In this document: piece by piece, positions 55,362-64,000 of the stretch
Layout: every line of letters starts with the position of its first letter
How positions within the stretch are numbered: position 1 is the first letter of the stretch
Program-made: the position numbers and the translations under genes
The notes under the pieces: model-generated
What the model was told of the DNA's origin: nothing
Seen by the model: only the letters and a program-made list of their open reading frames with translations
The model's database searches: none
Assembly (NCBI GenBank): GCA_963708045.1
Contig: OY970181.1
Coordinates: forward strand, 707,740 to 771,739
Direction: 5' to 3'
DNA length: 64,000 nucleotides
Source: an uncultured bacterium
GTDB lineage: Bacteria > Patescibacteriota > Patescibacteriia > CAIQCM01

Positions 55362-57428
55362 ATGACAAAAACGGAAGCCAAAGAACGAATAGAAAAATTA
55401 AAGCGCGAAGTGGAGCGTCACCGATATCTTTATCACGTGCTTGATCGCGTGGAAATTTCCGACGCCGCGCTGGATTCGCTTAAACACGAATTATACCGGT
55501 TGGAACAGTCGCATCCTGAGTTTATAACGAGCGACTCGCCAACGCAGCGCGTGGGCGGGGAGCCACTTCCTGAGTTTAAAAAAGTCCGCCATCTTGAAGC
55601 AATGCTTTCAATGGAGGATGTTTTTAGTTTTGACGAGTTTACCGATTGGCATAAGCGAAATAAAAAAATTATTTCGGCTCTTCCTGATGATTTTTATGGG
55701 GAAATAAAAATGGATGGCTTGGCGGTTTCACTCGTTTACGAGAATGGTGTTTTTGTAAACGGTTCTACGCGCGGCGACGGTATGATTGGTGAAGATGTGA
55801 CAAAAAATTTAAAAACAATTGAATCAATCCCGCTAACATTACGCGTTCCTCCAGAAAAAGAAATTGCCGATTTTTTAAAAAATTATCCGGGAACCGATCA
55901 GAAAAAATTTCGTGAACTCGTTACGGCGCACCACGGGCGGATTGAGATTCGTGGCGAGGCGTATATGCGGAAAAAGGTTTTTGAAAAACTTAACGCCGCG
56001 GCAAAAAAAAATAACGAACCGCCTTTTGCGAACCCGCGGAACGCTGCCGCTGGCGCGATTCGCCAGCTTGACTCAAAAATAACTGCGTCGCGGCATTTGT
56101 CGTTTTTTGGCTATGCCCTTGCTACGGATTTTGGCGAAACAACGCACGAAGCGACGCACCAGATTATTCAAATGCTTGGCGCGCCGGTTAACCCGCTTGT
56201 CGCTCGTTGCCAATCGCTTACCGACGTCCAAAATTTTTACGACAAGGTAAAAAAAGAACGCGAGCGGTTGGACTATTGGTTAGATGGGGTTGTTGTGGTT
56301 ATAAATAGCAATAAAAATTTTCAGCGTTTGGGAGTTGTCGGAAAAACGCCGCGCGGACACATTGCTTATAAATTTCCCGCCGAACAAGTTACTACCGTGG
56401 TTCAAGAAGTTGTTTGGGGTGTCGGACGGATGGGGACGGTAACGCCGGTCGCGCATGTTCGTCCAGTGTTTGTCGGTGGAACAACGGTAACAAACGCGAC
56501 TTTACATAATCTTGATGAGGTCGGAAGACTGGGTGTTAAAATTGGCGACACAGTAATTTTGGAAAAAGCCGGCGACGTAATTCCTAAAATCGTGCGCGTG
56601 CTTCCTAATTTGCGAACGGGAAAAGAAAAAACGATTCATCCGCCAAAACATTGTCCAATTTGCGGAACGGAACTTGTTCGTCGTGAAAATGAAGTCGCAA
56701 TTGTTTGCCCAAATAAAAATTGTTTTGCCCGAAATTCCGCCGGCATAAAACATTTTGTCGCGCGTAAGGCGATGAACATAGAAGGCTTGGGCGAAAAAAC
56801 AATTGAACAGTTTTTAAACGAGGGACTGATTCGCGACCCGTCCGACCTTTATGATCTTAAGGTTGGCGATGTTTTGCCGCTTGAGCGCTTTGCTGAAACC
56901 TCGGCCGACAATATTGTTTCTGCGATTAGCGCGGCGCGTGAGGCAACGCTTGCTCGTTTTCTTTTCGCTTTGGGAATAGAACATTTGGGCGAGGAAACCG
57001 CCCGTCTTCTCGCAGAACATTTTGGAACCATAGAACGTTTGCGTCATGCAACTCAGATAGAGCTTGCCGAAGTCGCTGGCGTGGGCGAGATAGTAGCGGC
57101 AAGCGTCCAAAGCTGGTTTGCCGATCGTTTGCACGCCGCGTATCTTGATCGTTTGCTTAAAAAAATTAAAGTCACAAACGCGACGCCAAAAATTGCAGGC
57201 CCGCTTTCGGGCAAGACCTTTGTTTTTACTGGCGAACTTGAAAATATGTCGCGCGACGAAGCAAAAGAAAAGGTTCGCGAAAAAGGCGGCAAGGCTTCGG
57301 AAAGCGTTTCTAAAAAAACCGATTACGTTGTCGCGGGACCGGGTGCTGGCGACAAGCTTGAGAAGGCGCGCAAACTAAACGTTGGGGTCTTGAACGAAAA
57401 AGAGTTTCTCGCTATGATCCATAAGTAA
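55362..57428 (+). CDS. ligA: NAD-dependent DNA ligase LigA
   Basis: KMDGLAV (KxDG adenylation motif), Zn finger CPICGTEL...CPNKNC, HhH and C-terminal BRCT domains. Confidence 0.95.
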   Translation: MTKTEAKERIEKLKREVERHRYLYHVLDRVEISDAALDSLKHELYRLEQSHPEFITSDSPTQRVGGEPLPEFKKVRHLEAMLSMEDVFSFDEFTDWHKRNKKIISALPDDFYGEIKMDGLAVSLVYENGVFVNGSTRGDGMIGEDVTKNLKTIESIPLTLRVPPEKEIADFLKNYPGTDQKKFRELVTAHHGRIEIRGEAYMRKKVFEKLNAAAKKNNEPPFANPRNAAAGAIRQLDSKITASRHLSFFGYALATDFGETTHEATHQIIQMLGAPVNPLVARCQSLTDVQNFYDKVKKERERLDYWLDGVVVVINSNKNFQRLGVVGKTPRGHIAYKFPAEQVTTVVQEVVWGVGRMGTVTPVAHVRPVFVGGTTVTNATLHNLDEVGRLGVKIGDTVILEKAGDVIPKIVRVLPNLRTGKEKTIHPPKHCPICGTELVRRENEVAIVCPNKNCFARNSAGIKHFVARKAMNIEGLGEKTIEQFLNEGLIRDPSDLYDLKVGDVLPLERFAETSADNIVSAISAAREATLARFLFALGIEHLGEETARLLAEHFGTIERLRHATQIELAEVAGVGEIVAASVQSWFADRLHAAYLDRLLKKIKVTNATPKIAGPLSGKTFVFTGELENMSRDEAKEKVREKGGKASESVSKKTDYVVAGPGAGDKLEKARKLNVGVLNEKEFLAMIHK

Positions 57429-57429
57429 T

Positions 57430-57729
57430 ATGTCAAAGATTTCACAAGAAGAAATAATCAAATTAATCGGCTTGGCTAAATTGCCCTTGGACACTACGGC
57501 TCTAAAGAGCCGTGAAAACGATATGGAGGAAATTTTGGGTTATGTCGCCAAGTTGTCCGAAGTAGACCTTAGGGATGTTGTTCCTGTTCCTGGAGGAACG
57601 GATTTGGTTAATCAGTTACGTTCAGACGAGCTTGACCCTTCGGCTGAGGCGTTAAAAGCCGCCCTACGTGATTCATTTGCGACCCAAGAAGCACAAATGG
57701 CCAAGGTACCGCCGGTTTTAAGCAAATAG
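57430..57729 (+). CDS. gatC: Asp/Glu-tRNA amidotransferase subunit C
   Basis: Size, position before gatA, GatC-like pattern. Confidence 0.8.
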   Translation: MSKISQEEIIKLIGLAKLPLDTTALKSRENDMEEILGYVAKLSEVDLRDVVPVPGGTDLVNQLRSDELDPSAEALKAALRDSFATQEAQMAKVPPVLSK

Positions 57730-57730
57730 T

Positions 57731-59155
57731 ATGACGGAATTTTCTAAGAAAAACATTAACGAAACGCTGGCCGCTTATCGTGATAAAACTTTAAAACCAT
57801 CCGCCGTTGCCGCGGAAATTTTTAAGATCATTAAAACAAAGGATGGCGAAGTTGGTGCGTATTTGCGCACTTACGAAGACGAGGCAATGCTCGCGGCCAA
57901 GGCGGCTGATAAGGCATACGAAAACGGTACCGCGCGTCCGCTTGAAGGAATTTTTGTCGCGATTAAGGATAATATGCTCGTCGCGGGCACGATTACGACT
58001 TCGGCTTCGGCTATCCTTTCAAAATATCGCGCGCCATATACCGGAACGGCGGTGCAAAAACTTTTAGACGCTGGCGCAATTATGGTTGGAAAAACGAATA
58101 TGGACGAGTTTGCGATGGGTTCGTCAACCGAATCGTCGGCTTTTCAGCAAACACGCAATCCACGCGACCTTTCGTGTGTTCCTGGTGGTTCGTCGGGTGG
58201 TTCGGCCGCCGCCGTGGCCGCGGAAATGTGCCACGTCGCCCTTGGCTCAGACACTGGCGGTTCTATTCGTCAACCGGCGTCGTTTTGTGGCGTCACTGGT
58301 TTTAAACCGTCATACGGTTCGGTTTCGCGCTATGGTCTGATGGCAATGGCATCAAGCTTAGACGTCATTGGTCCGATTGGTCGCAATGTTTCCGATTGTC
58401 GCGTTATCTACGAAACAATTTGCGGCGCGGACGGACGCGACGGCACGAGCTGGAATCTTGCTTCAAAAAAAACACTTGTGAACGGATCGCTTCAAGGCGT
58501 TAAGGTTGGCGTACCGGCCGAATATTTTTTGCCAGGCTTGGATCCTGAAGTGGAAAGCTGTATTCAAAAAGGCTTGAAAAAAATGAAAGATGCCGGCGCC
58601 GAGCTTGTTAATATTTCCCTTCCTAATACGGAATACGGCCTTGCCACATACTACGTGATTATGCCAGCCGAAGCCTCCACTAATCTTTCGCGTTATGATG
58701 GCGTTCGCTATCAAACCTCGGAAATGCCGACGGCTTCGTCGCTTGAAGATGGCTATATAAAAACCCGCGCCCATTTTGGCACCGAAGTCCAACGTCGTAT
58801 TCTTATTGGAACTTATGTTCTTTCGGCTGGCTATTACGATGCTTATTATCGCCAAGCGCAAAAAATGCGCGGGATGTTGATTAAAGATTTTAATGACGCC
58901 TGGCAAAAAGTTGATTGTATTGTCAGCCCAACATCGCCGTCGGTCGCTTGGAAGATTGGGGAAAAAATTAGTGATCCGCTTGCAATGTATCTTTCTGATG
59001 TTTTCACTGTTACCGCTAATTTGGCGCGAATTCCGGGCATTGCCGTTCCTTGCGGCGAAGCCTCGGGCATGCCTGTTGGCATGCAAATTTTTGCGCCGGT
59101 AGGTGAGGATCGCTATTTGCTTGACATTGCCGCCGCGTTTGAAAAACTTAAATAA
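57731..59155 (+). CDS. gatA: Glu-tRNA(Gln) amidotransferase subunit A
   Basis: Amidase signature GGSSGGSAAAVA, KDN motifs. Confidence 0.9.
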   Translation: MTEFSKKNINETLAAYRDKTLKPSAVAAEIFKIIKTKDGEVGAYLRTYEDEAMLAAKAADKAYENGTARPLEGIFVAIKDNMLVAGTITTSASAILSKYRAPYTGTAVQKLLDAGAIMVGKTNMDEFAMGSSTESSAFQQTRNPRDLSCVPGGSSGGSAAAVAAEMCHVALGSDTGGSIRQPASFCGVTGFKPSYGSVSRYGLMAMASSLDVIGPIGRNVSDCRVIYETICGADGRDGTSWNLASKKTLVNGSLQGVKVGVPAEYFLPGLDPEVESCIQKGLKKMKDAGAELVNISLPNTEYGLATYYVIMPAEASTNLSRYDGVRYQTSEMPTASSLEDGYIKTRAHFGTEVQRRILIGTYVLSAGYYDAYYRQAQKMRGMLIKDFNDAWQKVDCIVSPTSPSVAWKIGEKISDPLAMYLSDVFTVTANLARIPGIAVPCGEASGMPVGMQIFAPVGEDRYLLDIAAAFEKLK

Positions 59156-59173
59156 TTTTTAATAAATAAAAAA

Positions 59174-59746
59174 ATGCTCATTAGACCTTTGGGACAAAAA
59201 AAGAATGGTGGTTTTATTTCAGGAAAGTCTAAGCCGGCGTCGTCGCAGTCTTATACGCCTCGGGTTCCGCATTGGTGGAAAAAAGAAAATACTGGGCTTA
59301 AAAGCGTCGCGATTTGTCCGCGCTGTCAGGCAATTTATTACGACAAACATTGGCATTCGTGGCAAAAACCAAGCCGCCATCTTCCTAAAGATTTGCGCGC
59401 TAGCGAAACTTATTGTCTGGCTTGTGCCGCGATCATTTCGGGAAATGATAATTCAGGACGTGGTTTTGCTGGCGAGGTGGTTTTCTCTGGGCTTGATCGT
59501 TTGGCTGAACGGTTGGAAGTTGTTAATTTGATTAAAAATATCGGTAAGCGAGCGCTTAAGCGCAATCCTGAAGACCAGATTGTAAAAATTGAAGACAAAA
59601 ATAACGCGCTCAGAGTGACGACGGTTAAAAACCAACTTGCGGTTTCGCTTGGTAAACAGGTAGACGCGGCGCTAAAAGGGGGAAAGCTAACAATTTCGTG
59701 GTCGCGCGAAGACGAACCGGCGCGCGTTCGTTGGGTTGCACCGTAA
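59174..59746 (+). CDS. Hypothetical protein with zinc-ribbon (CPRC...CLAC)
   Basis: CxxC-N32-CxxC; basic N-terminus; no confident family. Confidence 0.45.
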   Translation: MLIRPLGQKKNGGFISGKSKPASSQSYTPRVPHWWKKENTGLKSVAICPRCQAIYYDKHWHSWQKPSRHLPKDLRASETYCLACAAIISGNDNSGRGFAGEVVFSGLDRLAERLEVVNLIKNIGKRALKRNPEDQIVKIEDKNNALRVTTVKNQLAVSLGKQVDAALKGGKLTISWSREDEPARVRWVAP

Positions 59747-59761
59747 TTAAATTTTAACTAT

Positions 59762-60013
59762 ATGTATCCAAAAGCAAATATTGTCGCGATTGGAATTGCC
59801 GTTGGCACGAGCGCAGCAATTGCGGTAATCATTTATACCATTTTCGCGTATTTTTTCGGTTACGGCATAGAAGCGGAGATTGTTTTGGATGGATTTTTTC
59901 CAGGCTATGCGCTTTCTATGGCCGGCGCCGTTATTGGCGCTGTTTGGGCATTTTCTTTGGGATATTTATTCTCAGCGCTCATTGCTTGGTTTTATAACAA
60001 GTTAAACAAGTAG
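59762..60013 (+). CDS. Small hypothetical membrane protein (2 TM)
   Basis: Hydrophobic 83-aa ORF. Confidence 0.4.
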   Translation: MYPKANIVAIGIAVGTSAAIAVIIYTIFAYFFGYGIEAEIVLDGFFPGYALSMAGAVIGAVWAFSLGYLFSALIAWFYNKLNK

Positions 60014-60087
60014 CGTTCTTGACACAAACCTTGTTCTTGTCTTGGTTCGTACTATATAATAGATAATCTTAATAATAATTTTAATAT

Positions 60088-60909
60088 TTGTTTATGAGTG
60101 AAAATTCCTCGTCAGAATCAGCAAAGAAGAAAAGCGTGTTTGATGCCTTTACCTCCAAAACTACTTTTTGGTCGGGTTTTGTTATTGGGATAATGGCTTT
60201 TTGCACGATTGTTTTTATTTTAATGGTCGGTACGAAAACCGATTGGAAGTCTTTTGGTTTTAGTAATTTGCAAAATGGTTGGAAAACAAATCCGCCAGTT
60301 GCGGCAAACGGCAATGACAATGCCAACACGAATGCGCCGGCGAAGGCTGCCGATAAACTCCCTGCGATTACGGGCGCCGACCATGTTCGCGGCGATCTTA
60401 ATAAAGCTAAAGTCGTGATGGTTGAATATTCTGATTTTGAATGCCCATACTGCAAGCGTTTTGATACAACCATTCAGCAGGTCTATAAGGATTACGGGGC
60501 AGACATTGCCTGGGTTTATCGTCATTTCCCACTCACAAGCATTCACGCTAATGCGACTAAAGAAGCCGAAGCGACCGAATGCGCGGCCGAGCTTGGTGGC
60601 AATGATGCCTTTTGGAAATATGCCGACGCGCTTTATGCGCGGACAGCTTCCGGTGGCACGGGTTTTGCACTTACCAAACTTGGACCGCTTGCAAAAGAAC
60701 TTGGTCTTGACCAGAAGAAGTTTCAATCTTGCCTAGATTCCGGCAAATATACCGCTAAGGTTCAAGCCGATGAACAAGGTGGAGAAACGGCTGGCGTAAC
60801 CGGCACTCCGGCGACCTTTGTCATAAATCGCAATGGCGACTCTGAATTGATTGTTGGCGCCGAATCGGTTGCCAACGTAAAGAAAGTAATTGACGCGCTT
60901 ATTAAATAG
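60088..60909 (+). CDS. DsbA-family thiol:disulfide oxidoreductase (membrane-anchored)
   Basis: N-terminal TM, thioredoxin-fold CPYC active site (EYSDFECPYCKRF). Confidence 0.8.
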   Translation: MFMSENSSSESAKKKSVFDAFTSKTTFWSGFVIGIMAFCTIVFILMVGTKTDWKSFGFSNLQNGWKTNPPVAANGNDNANTNAPAKAADKLPAITGADHVRGDLNKAKVVMVEYSDFECPYCKRFDTTIQQVYKDYGADIAWVYRHFPLTSIHANATKEAEATECAAELGGNDAFWKYADALYARTASGGTGFALTKLGPLAKELGLDQKKFQSCLDSGKYTAKVQADEQGGETAGVTGTPATFVINRNGDSELIVGAESVANVKKVIDALIK

Positions 60910-60978
60910 GGTTTAGGGTATAGCGTGTAGCGTTTAGTATTTAGAGGGGCGATCCGGTTTATCGGATCGCCCTTTCTG
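60910..60978. repeat. Tandem heptamer array, family 5 (GGGTTTA/GGGTATA/GCGTGTA...) followed by terminator hairpin
   Basis: gggtttagggtatagcgtgtagcgtttagtatttag then gggcgatccggtttatcggatcgccc + T-rich. Confidence 0.7.
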
Positions 60979-61067
60979 GACTAAAAGTTAAAAATAAGGT
61001 AAAAATAGTTAATCCCGTAAGGGGGTAGTTTTTTAAAAATTAATAGAAGATAGCTTAGTTTTCAAAG

Positions 61068-61300
61068 CGGAAGCGTGGCCGATCGAGCAAAGCGAGATCC
61101 CGCCGAAGGCGATGGGTGGCCGATGTGTGTAAAACGGAAGCGTGGCCGAGTGGCCGATGGCGCACGCTTGGAAAGCGTGTAAACCGCAAGGTTTCAGAGG
61201 TTCAAATCCTCTCGCTTCCGTTTTGTACATATGGCGCCCCGATGGACATCGGGGTAAACCGCAAGGTTTCAGAGGTTCAAATCCTCTCGCTTCCGCTTTG
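61068..61300 (+). repeat. tRNA-Ser-derived partial duplications flanking the intact tRNA (5' fragment 61068-61130 with internal insertion; exact 42-nt 3'-half copy 61259-61300)
   Basis: 3' duplicate gtaaaccgcaaggtttcagaggttcaaatcctctcgcttccg is identical to 61179-61220; upstream fragment ggaagcgtggccga...ggccgatg matches tRNA 5' end. Confidence 0.75.
61136..61220 (+). tRNA. tRNA-Ser (anticodon GGA)
   Basis: GGAAGCGTGGCCGAGTGGCCGATGGCGCACGCTTGGAAAGCGTGTAAACCGCAAGGTTTCAGAGGTTCAAATCCTCTCGCTTCCG: 7-bp acceptor, long variable arm, anticodon loop CTTGGAAAG. Confidence 0.8.
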
Positions 61301-61320
61301 AAAATTATCAACCACCATTT

Positions 61321-62265
61321 ATGGAACTTATCCGCGACTTTAAGAAGATAAATAAAAACGATGCGCCGCTTGCGGGCGGCAAGGGTGCGTCGCTTGGGGA
61401 AATGACCGGCGCTGGAATTCCGGTTCCGCCTGGATACGTTATTTTATCTGCTTCTTTTGAAAAATTTTTAGAAGCGACTGATTTGAATGTAGAAATTGAT
61501 GCGATCCTTCACACGGTTCACCACGAAGAAATGCATACCGTGGAAAACGCTTCGGAAAAAATTCAAGGGCTTATTTTAAATGCTGATTTTCCAAAAGACA
61601 TTTCCGACGAGGTGCAAAAGTATTTTAAAAAGTTGGATGCTAAATTTGTTGCTGTCCGTTCCAGCGCCACGGCCGAGGATGGCGCGGAAAACGCTTGGGC
61701 TGGCCAACTGGATAGTTTTTTAAATACGACCGAAGAGACATTGCTTCAAAACGTTAAACGTTGTTGGTCGTCGCTTTTTACGCCGCGCGCGATTTTTTAT
61801 CGTTTTGAAAAACAATTGCACAAGCAAAAAATCTCCGTCGCGGTTGTCGTGCAAAAAATGGTCGCGTCCGACGTTTCGGGAATCGCTTTTTCGGTGCATC
61901 CCGTAACGCAAGACAGAAACCAGCTGATTATTGAAGCAGGTTTCGGGCTTGGCGAAGCGATCGTCTCGGGACAGATTACGCCCGACAGCTATGTCGTAGA
62001 AAAAAGCGAAATGGCGATTTTGGACGCGAACATCGCGGAGCAAGAAAGAATGATTGTTAAAAAAGCTGGCGGCGGAAATGAGTGGGTGGAAGTCGCGCCC
62101 GAAAAACGAAATGAACAAAAACTTTCCGGCAAGCAAGTAATGGAGCTTTCTAAAATCGTCATTGGCATTGAAAAGCATTACGGTTTTCCTTGCGACATAG
62201 AATGGGCAATGGAAAAATCAGTTTTTTACATCACCCAATCGCGTCCCATTACGACTTTGGGATAA
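61321..62265 (+). CDS. PEP-utilising enzyme N-terminal (PPDK_N / ATP-grasp nucleotide-binding) domain protein
   Basis: LAGGKGASLGEM...GIPVPPGYVI, AVRSSATAEDGAENAWAGQ typical of pyruvate-phosphate dikinase/PEP synthase N-domain; stand-alone 314 aa. Confidence 0.65.
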   Translation: MELIRDFKKINKNDAPLAGGKGASLGEMTGAGIPVPPGYVILSASFEKFLEATDLNVEIDAILHTVHHEEMHTVENASEKIQGLILNADFPKDISDEVQKYFKKLDAKFVAVRSSATAEDGAENAWAGQLDSFLNTTEETLLQNVKRCWSSLFTPRAIFYRFEKQLHKQKISVAVVVQKMVASDVSGIAFSVHPVTQDRNQLIIEAGFGLGEAIVSGQITPDSYVVEKSEMAILDANIAEQERMIVKKAGGGNEWVEVAPEKRNEQKLSGKQVMELSKIVIGIEKHYGFPCDIEWAMEKSVFYITQSRPITTLG

Positions 62266-62268
62266 ATT

Positions 62269-62856
62269 ATGTCGCGCCTTGACGAATTAAAGAAAAAAAT
62301 TGACGAGCTTTACCTGTCCAAAAATAAAAATCGCGCGGACTGGGCGGATTGGTTGTATAAAAATCATATTTTTCTTGTTGCCGAAGAAGCGGGGCGTTTA
62401 GCTGATCGCTATGACGCGGACAAGGATTTAACGATTGCCGCGGCAATGCTTCACGATGTTGCCGATGCGGTAATGAAGCGAGAAGATACTGGTCACGAAG
62501 AAATGAGCGCCAAAATTGCTATAGAATATTTGTCGGCTTCTGGGTTTTCCCCAGCTGAAATTGGCATTATTGTAAATGACGCGATGAAATTGCATGGTTG
62601 CGCTGGCGGGGAGTTTCCACTTTCTTTTGAAGGGAAAATAATGGCGACCGCCGACGCTGTCGTGCACCTCACTACCAATTTTTACGAACACTGTATTGAA
62701 GTTTTAAAAAATGAAGAGCCGGTGCCAGAAATTAGGAAATGGGCGCTAAAAAAATTAGAACGCGATTTTTACAACAAGATCCAGCTTGAAGCGATTCGGG
62801 AAGAAGTAAAAAATGATTATGAAAAATTAAAAGAATTTTTATCGGGTGAATTTTAA
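62269..62856 (+). CDS. HD-domain phosphohydrolase
   Basis: AAMLHDVAD (HD motif), helical; 4 nt after upstream gene. Confidence 0.6.
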   Translation: MSRLDELKKKIDELYLSKNKNRADWADWLYKNHIFLVAEEAGRLADRYDADKDLTIAAAMLHDVADAVMKREDTGHEEMSAKIAIEYLSASGFSPAEIGIIVNDAMKLHGCAGGEFPLSFEGKIMATADAVVHLTTNFYEHCIEVLKNEEPVPEIRKWALKKLERDFYNKIQLEAIREEVKNDYEKLKEFLSGEF

Positions 62857-62858
62857 AT

Positions 62859-63218
62859 ATGAAAATTATTATTCAAAATCTTAAAGACAATTCGCGCACG
62901 CTGATCCGCCACGCGGGCTATGGCGAGCATTATGATAACCGAACTCGGGAAGTAAGTTATCATCGCCGACTTGGGCAAACTGTTTTTCCCAATTTCCACG
63001 TTTACCTAAAAGATATGGCGAATGGCGTTGAAGTGTCTTTGCATTTGGACCAAAAACAGCCAAGCTATGGCGCAGGCCATATGCACTCAGGCGATTATGA
63101 CGGACCGCTTATAGAACGCGAGCTTGAACGTATTAAAACGTCATTTGAAAACGCCGCGGCGCCGGAAGTTGACGAACCTGAGGAAAAGAAAGGATTTTTT
63201 TCAAAATTGTTTGGATAA
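62859..63218 (+). CDS. Hypothetical protein (119 aa)
   Basis: ORF in operon-like arrangement with two upstream genes. Confidence 0.4.
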   Translation: MKIIIQNLKDNSRTLIRHAGYGEHYDNRTREVSYHRRLGQTVFPNFHVYLKDMANGVEVSLHLDQKQPSYGAGHMHSGDYDGPLIERELERIKTSFENAAAPEVDEPEEKKGFFSKLFG

Positions 63219-63305
63219 TTATATGTCGGAATTTGACGCTTTCAACAAAAGCCAGCAAGATAAGGCATGATATGATTGCGTCACAAAGTCGCTAAAGCAT
63301 CACCT

Positions 63306-63341
63306 GTCTAAAAGTTAATAGTTAACAGTTAAAAGTTAAAC
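63306..63341. repeat. Intergenic heptamer-unit repeat, family 4 (third copy)
   Basis: ctaaaagttaatagttaacagttaaaagttaaacg just upstream of dnaG. Confidence 0.75.
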
Positions 63342-63343
63342 GC

Positions 63344-64000
63344 ATGCACGATCCGGTTATAGACGAGATAAAACAGCGGGTAAATATTGTTGAGGTTGTT
63401 CAGGAGTATTTGCCGCTAAAGAAAGCAGGGACAAACTGGAAAGGGTTGTGTCCGTTCCACGGCGAAAAGTCGCCGTCGTTTATGGTCTCCGAAGACAGAA
63501 TGATTTTTCATTGTTTTGGCTGTGGCGAGGGTGGTGATGTTTTTGCTTTTCTTATGAAAATGGAGGGGTACGAATTCCCCGAGGTTTTAAAACTGCTCGC
63601 CGATCGCGCTGGCGTTAAATTGGAACGCCACGACCCACGAATTCAACATGAACGAAATTTACTGACCGAAATTACTGACCTTGCCTCGCGATTTTACGCC
63701 AAAGTTTTGGAAGAGTCGCCGCAGGCCGAAACCGCTCGGGAGTATTTAAAAAATCGCTCATTGAAACCGGAAACGATTAAAAATTTTGGCATTGGCTTTG
63801 CGCCCGAAGGTTGGGAAACGTTATGTAATTTTTTGGCTAAGCGCGGTTACAAAGACGAAGACATTATTAATTCGGGAATGGCCTTGCGCTCGGTAAATCG
63901 CCGCGGCATTTATGATCGTTTTAGAAAACGGGTAATGTTTACGATTAGAAATACGCACGGCCAAGTCGTTGGTTTTACCGGACGCCTACTTCCTGAAGAC
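63344..64000 (+). CDS. dnaG: DNA primase DnaG (3'-truncated at window edge)
   Basis: Zinc-binding CPFHGEKSPSFMV...FHCFGCGEGGDVF, then TOPRIM-leading region; ORF continues to window end. Confidence 0.9.
   Translation, partial: MHDPVIDEIKQRVNIVEVVQEYLPLKKAGTNWKGLCPFHGEKSPSFMVSEDRMIFHCFGCGEGGDVFAFLMKMEGYEFPEVLKLLADRAGVKLERHDPRIQHERNLLTEITDLASRFYAKVLEESPQAETAREYLKNRSLKPETIKNFGIGFAPEGWETLCNFLAKRGYKDEDIINSGMALRSVNRRGIYDRFRKRVMFTIRNTHGQVVGFTGRLLPED

Noticed and set aside
58463-59086. 207-aa minus-strand ORF
   Set aside because: Antisense within gatA; Arg/Asn-rich low-complexity translation.
59174-59746. Tentative NMD3-like assignment for the CPRC...CLAC zinc-ribbon protein
   Set aside because: The resemblance is only a pair of CxxC motifs and a basic region; too weak to assert without a profile search.
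61033-61311. 92-aa minus-strand ORF and 61- and 69-aa plus-strand ORFs
   Set aside because: They overlap the tRNA-Ser and its duplicated fragments.

Overview
This 64-kb window looks like a bacterial chromosome segment with compact, mostly co-directional housekeeping genes. Its gene content is consistent with a small-genome Patescibacteria/CPR-like organism; this is an inference from gene content only. The main blocks, left to right, are as follows. (1) A cell-envelope polysaccharide block with three or four GT2 glycosyltransferases, a frameshifted rfbB, an RmlD-RmlA fusion and uppS. (2) rarA, an FtsI-like PBP and murF. (3) A roughly 6.5-kb accessory island at about 12.5-19.1 kb that appears higher in GC by eye. 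It is bounded by CACGTG-type heptamer arrays and a tRNA-Glu. It is built from cassette-like units, each being a shared upstream module, an ORF of unknown function, a conserved terminator and a 42-bp palindrome. (4) yidC, an SPFH protein and a CIRCE-controlled hrcA-grpE-hsp20-dnaK-dnaJ heat-shock cluster. (5) cysS, corA, a VirD4/TraG-like ATPase, era, two tandem type IV pilins, rlmD, a GT2 and murJ. (6) lepA, recJ and rnhA. (7) A complete Gram-positive-style type IV pilus locus: pilM-pilN-pilO-X-pilB-pilC, then a major pilin, pilD and four minor pilins. (8) ligA, gatC, gatA, a DsbA-like gene, tRNA-Ser, a PPDK_N-domain protein, an HD protein and the start of dnaG. No rRNA, CRISPR array, integrase or transposase was found. 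The most unusual sequence-level signal is a set of intergenic repeat families built from tandem 7-nt units, often arranged as inverted arms. There are at least five sequence families at 13 or more loci. Other repeated elements are a 105-nt structured repeat in two copies, three 42-bp perfect palindromes centred on CGATCG, and decayed tRNA-Ser fragments flanking an intact tRNA-Ser. All coordinates and motifs were read by eye from the sequence. No homology searches or computations were run.
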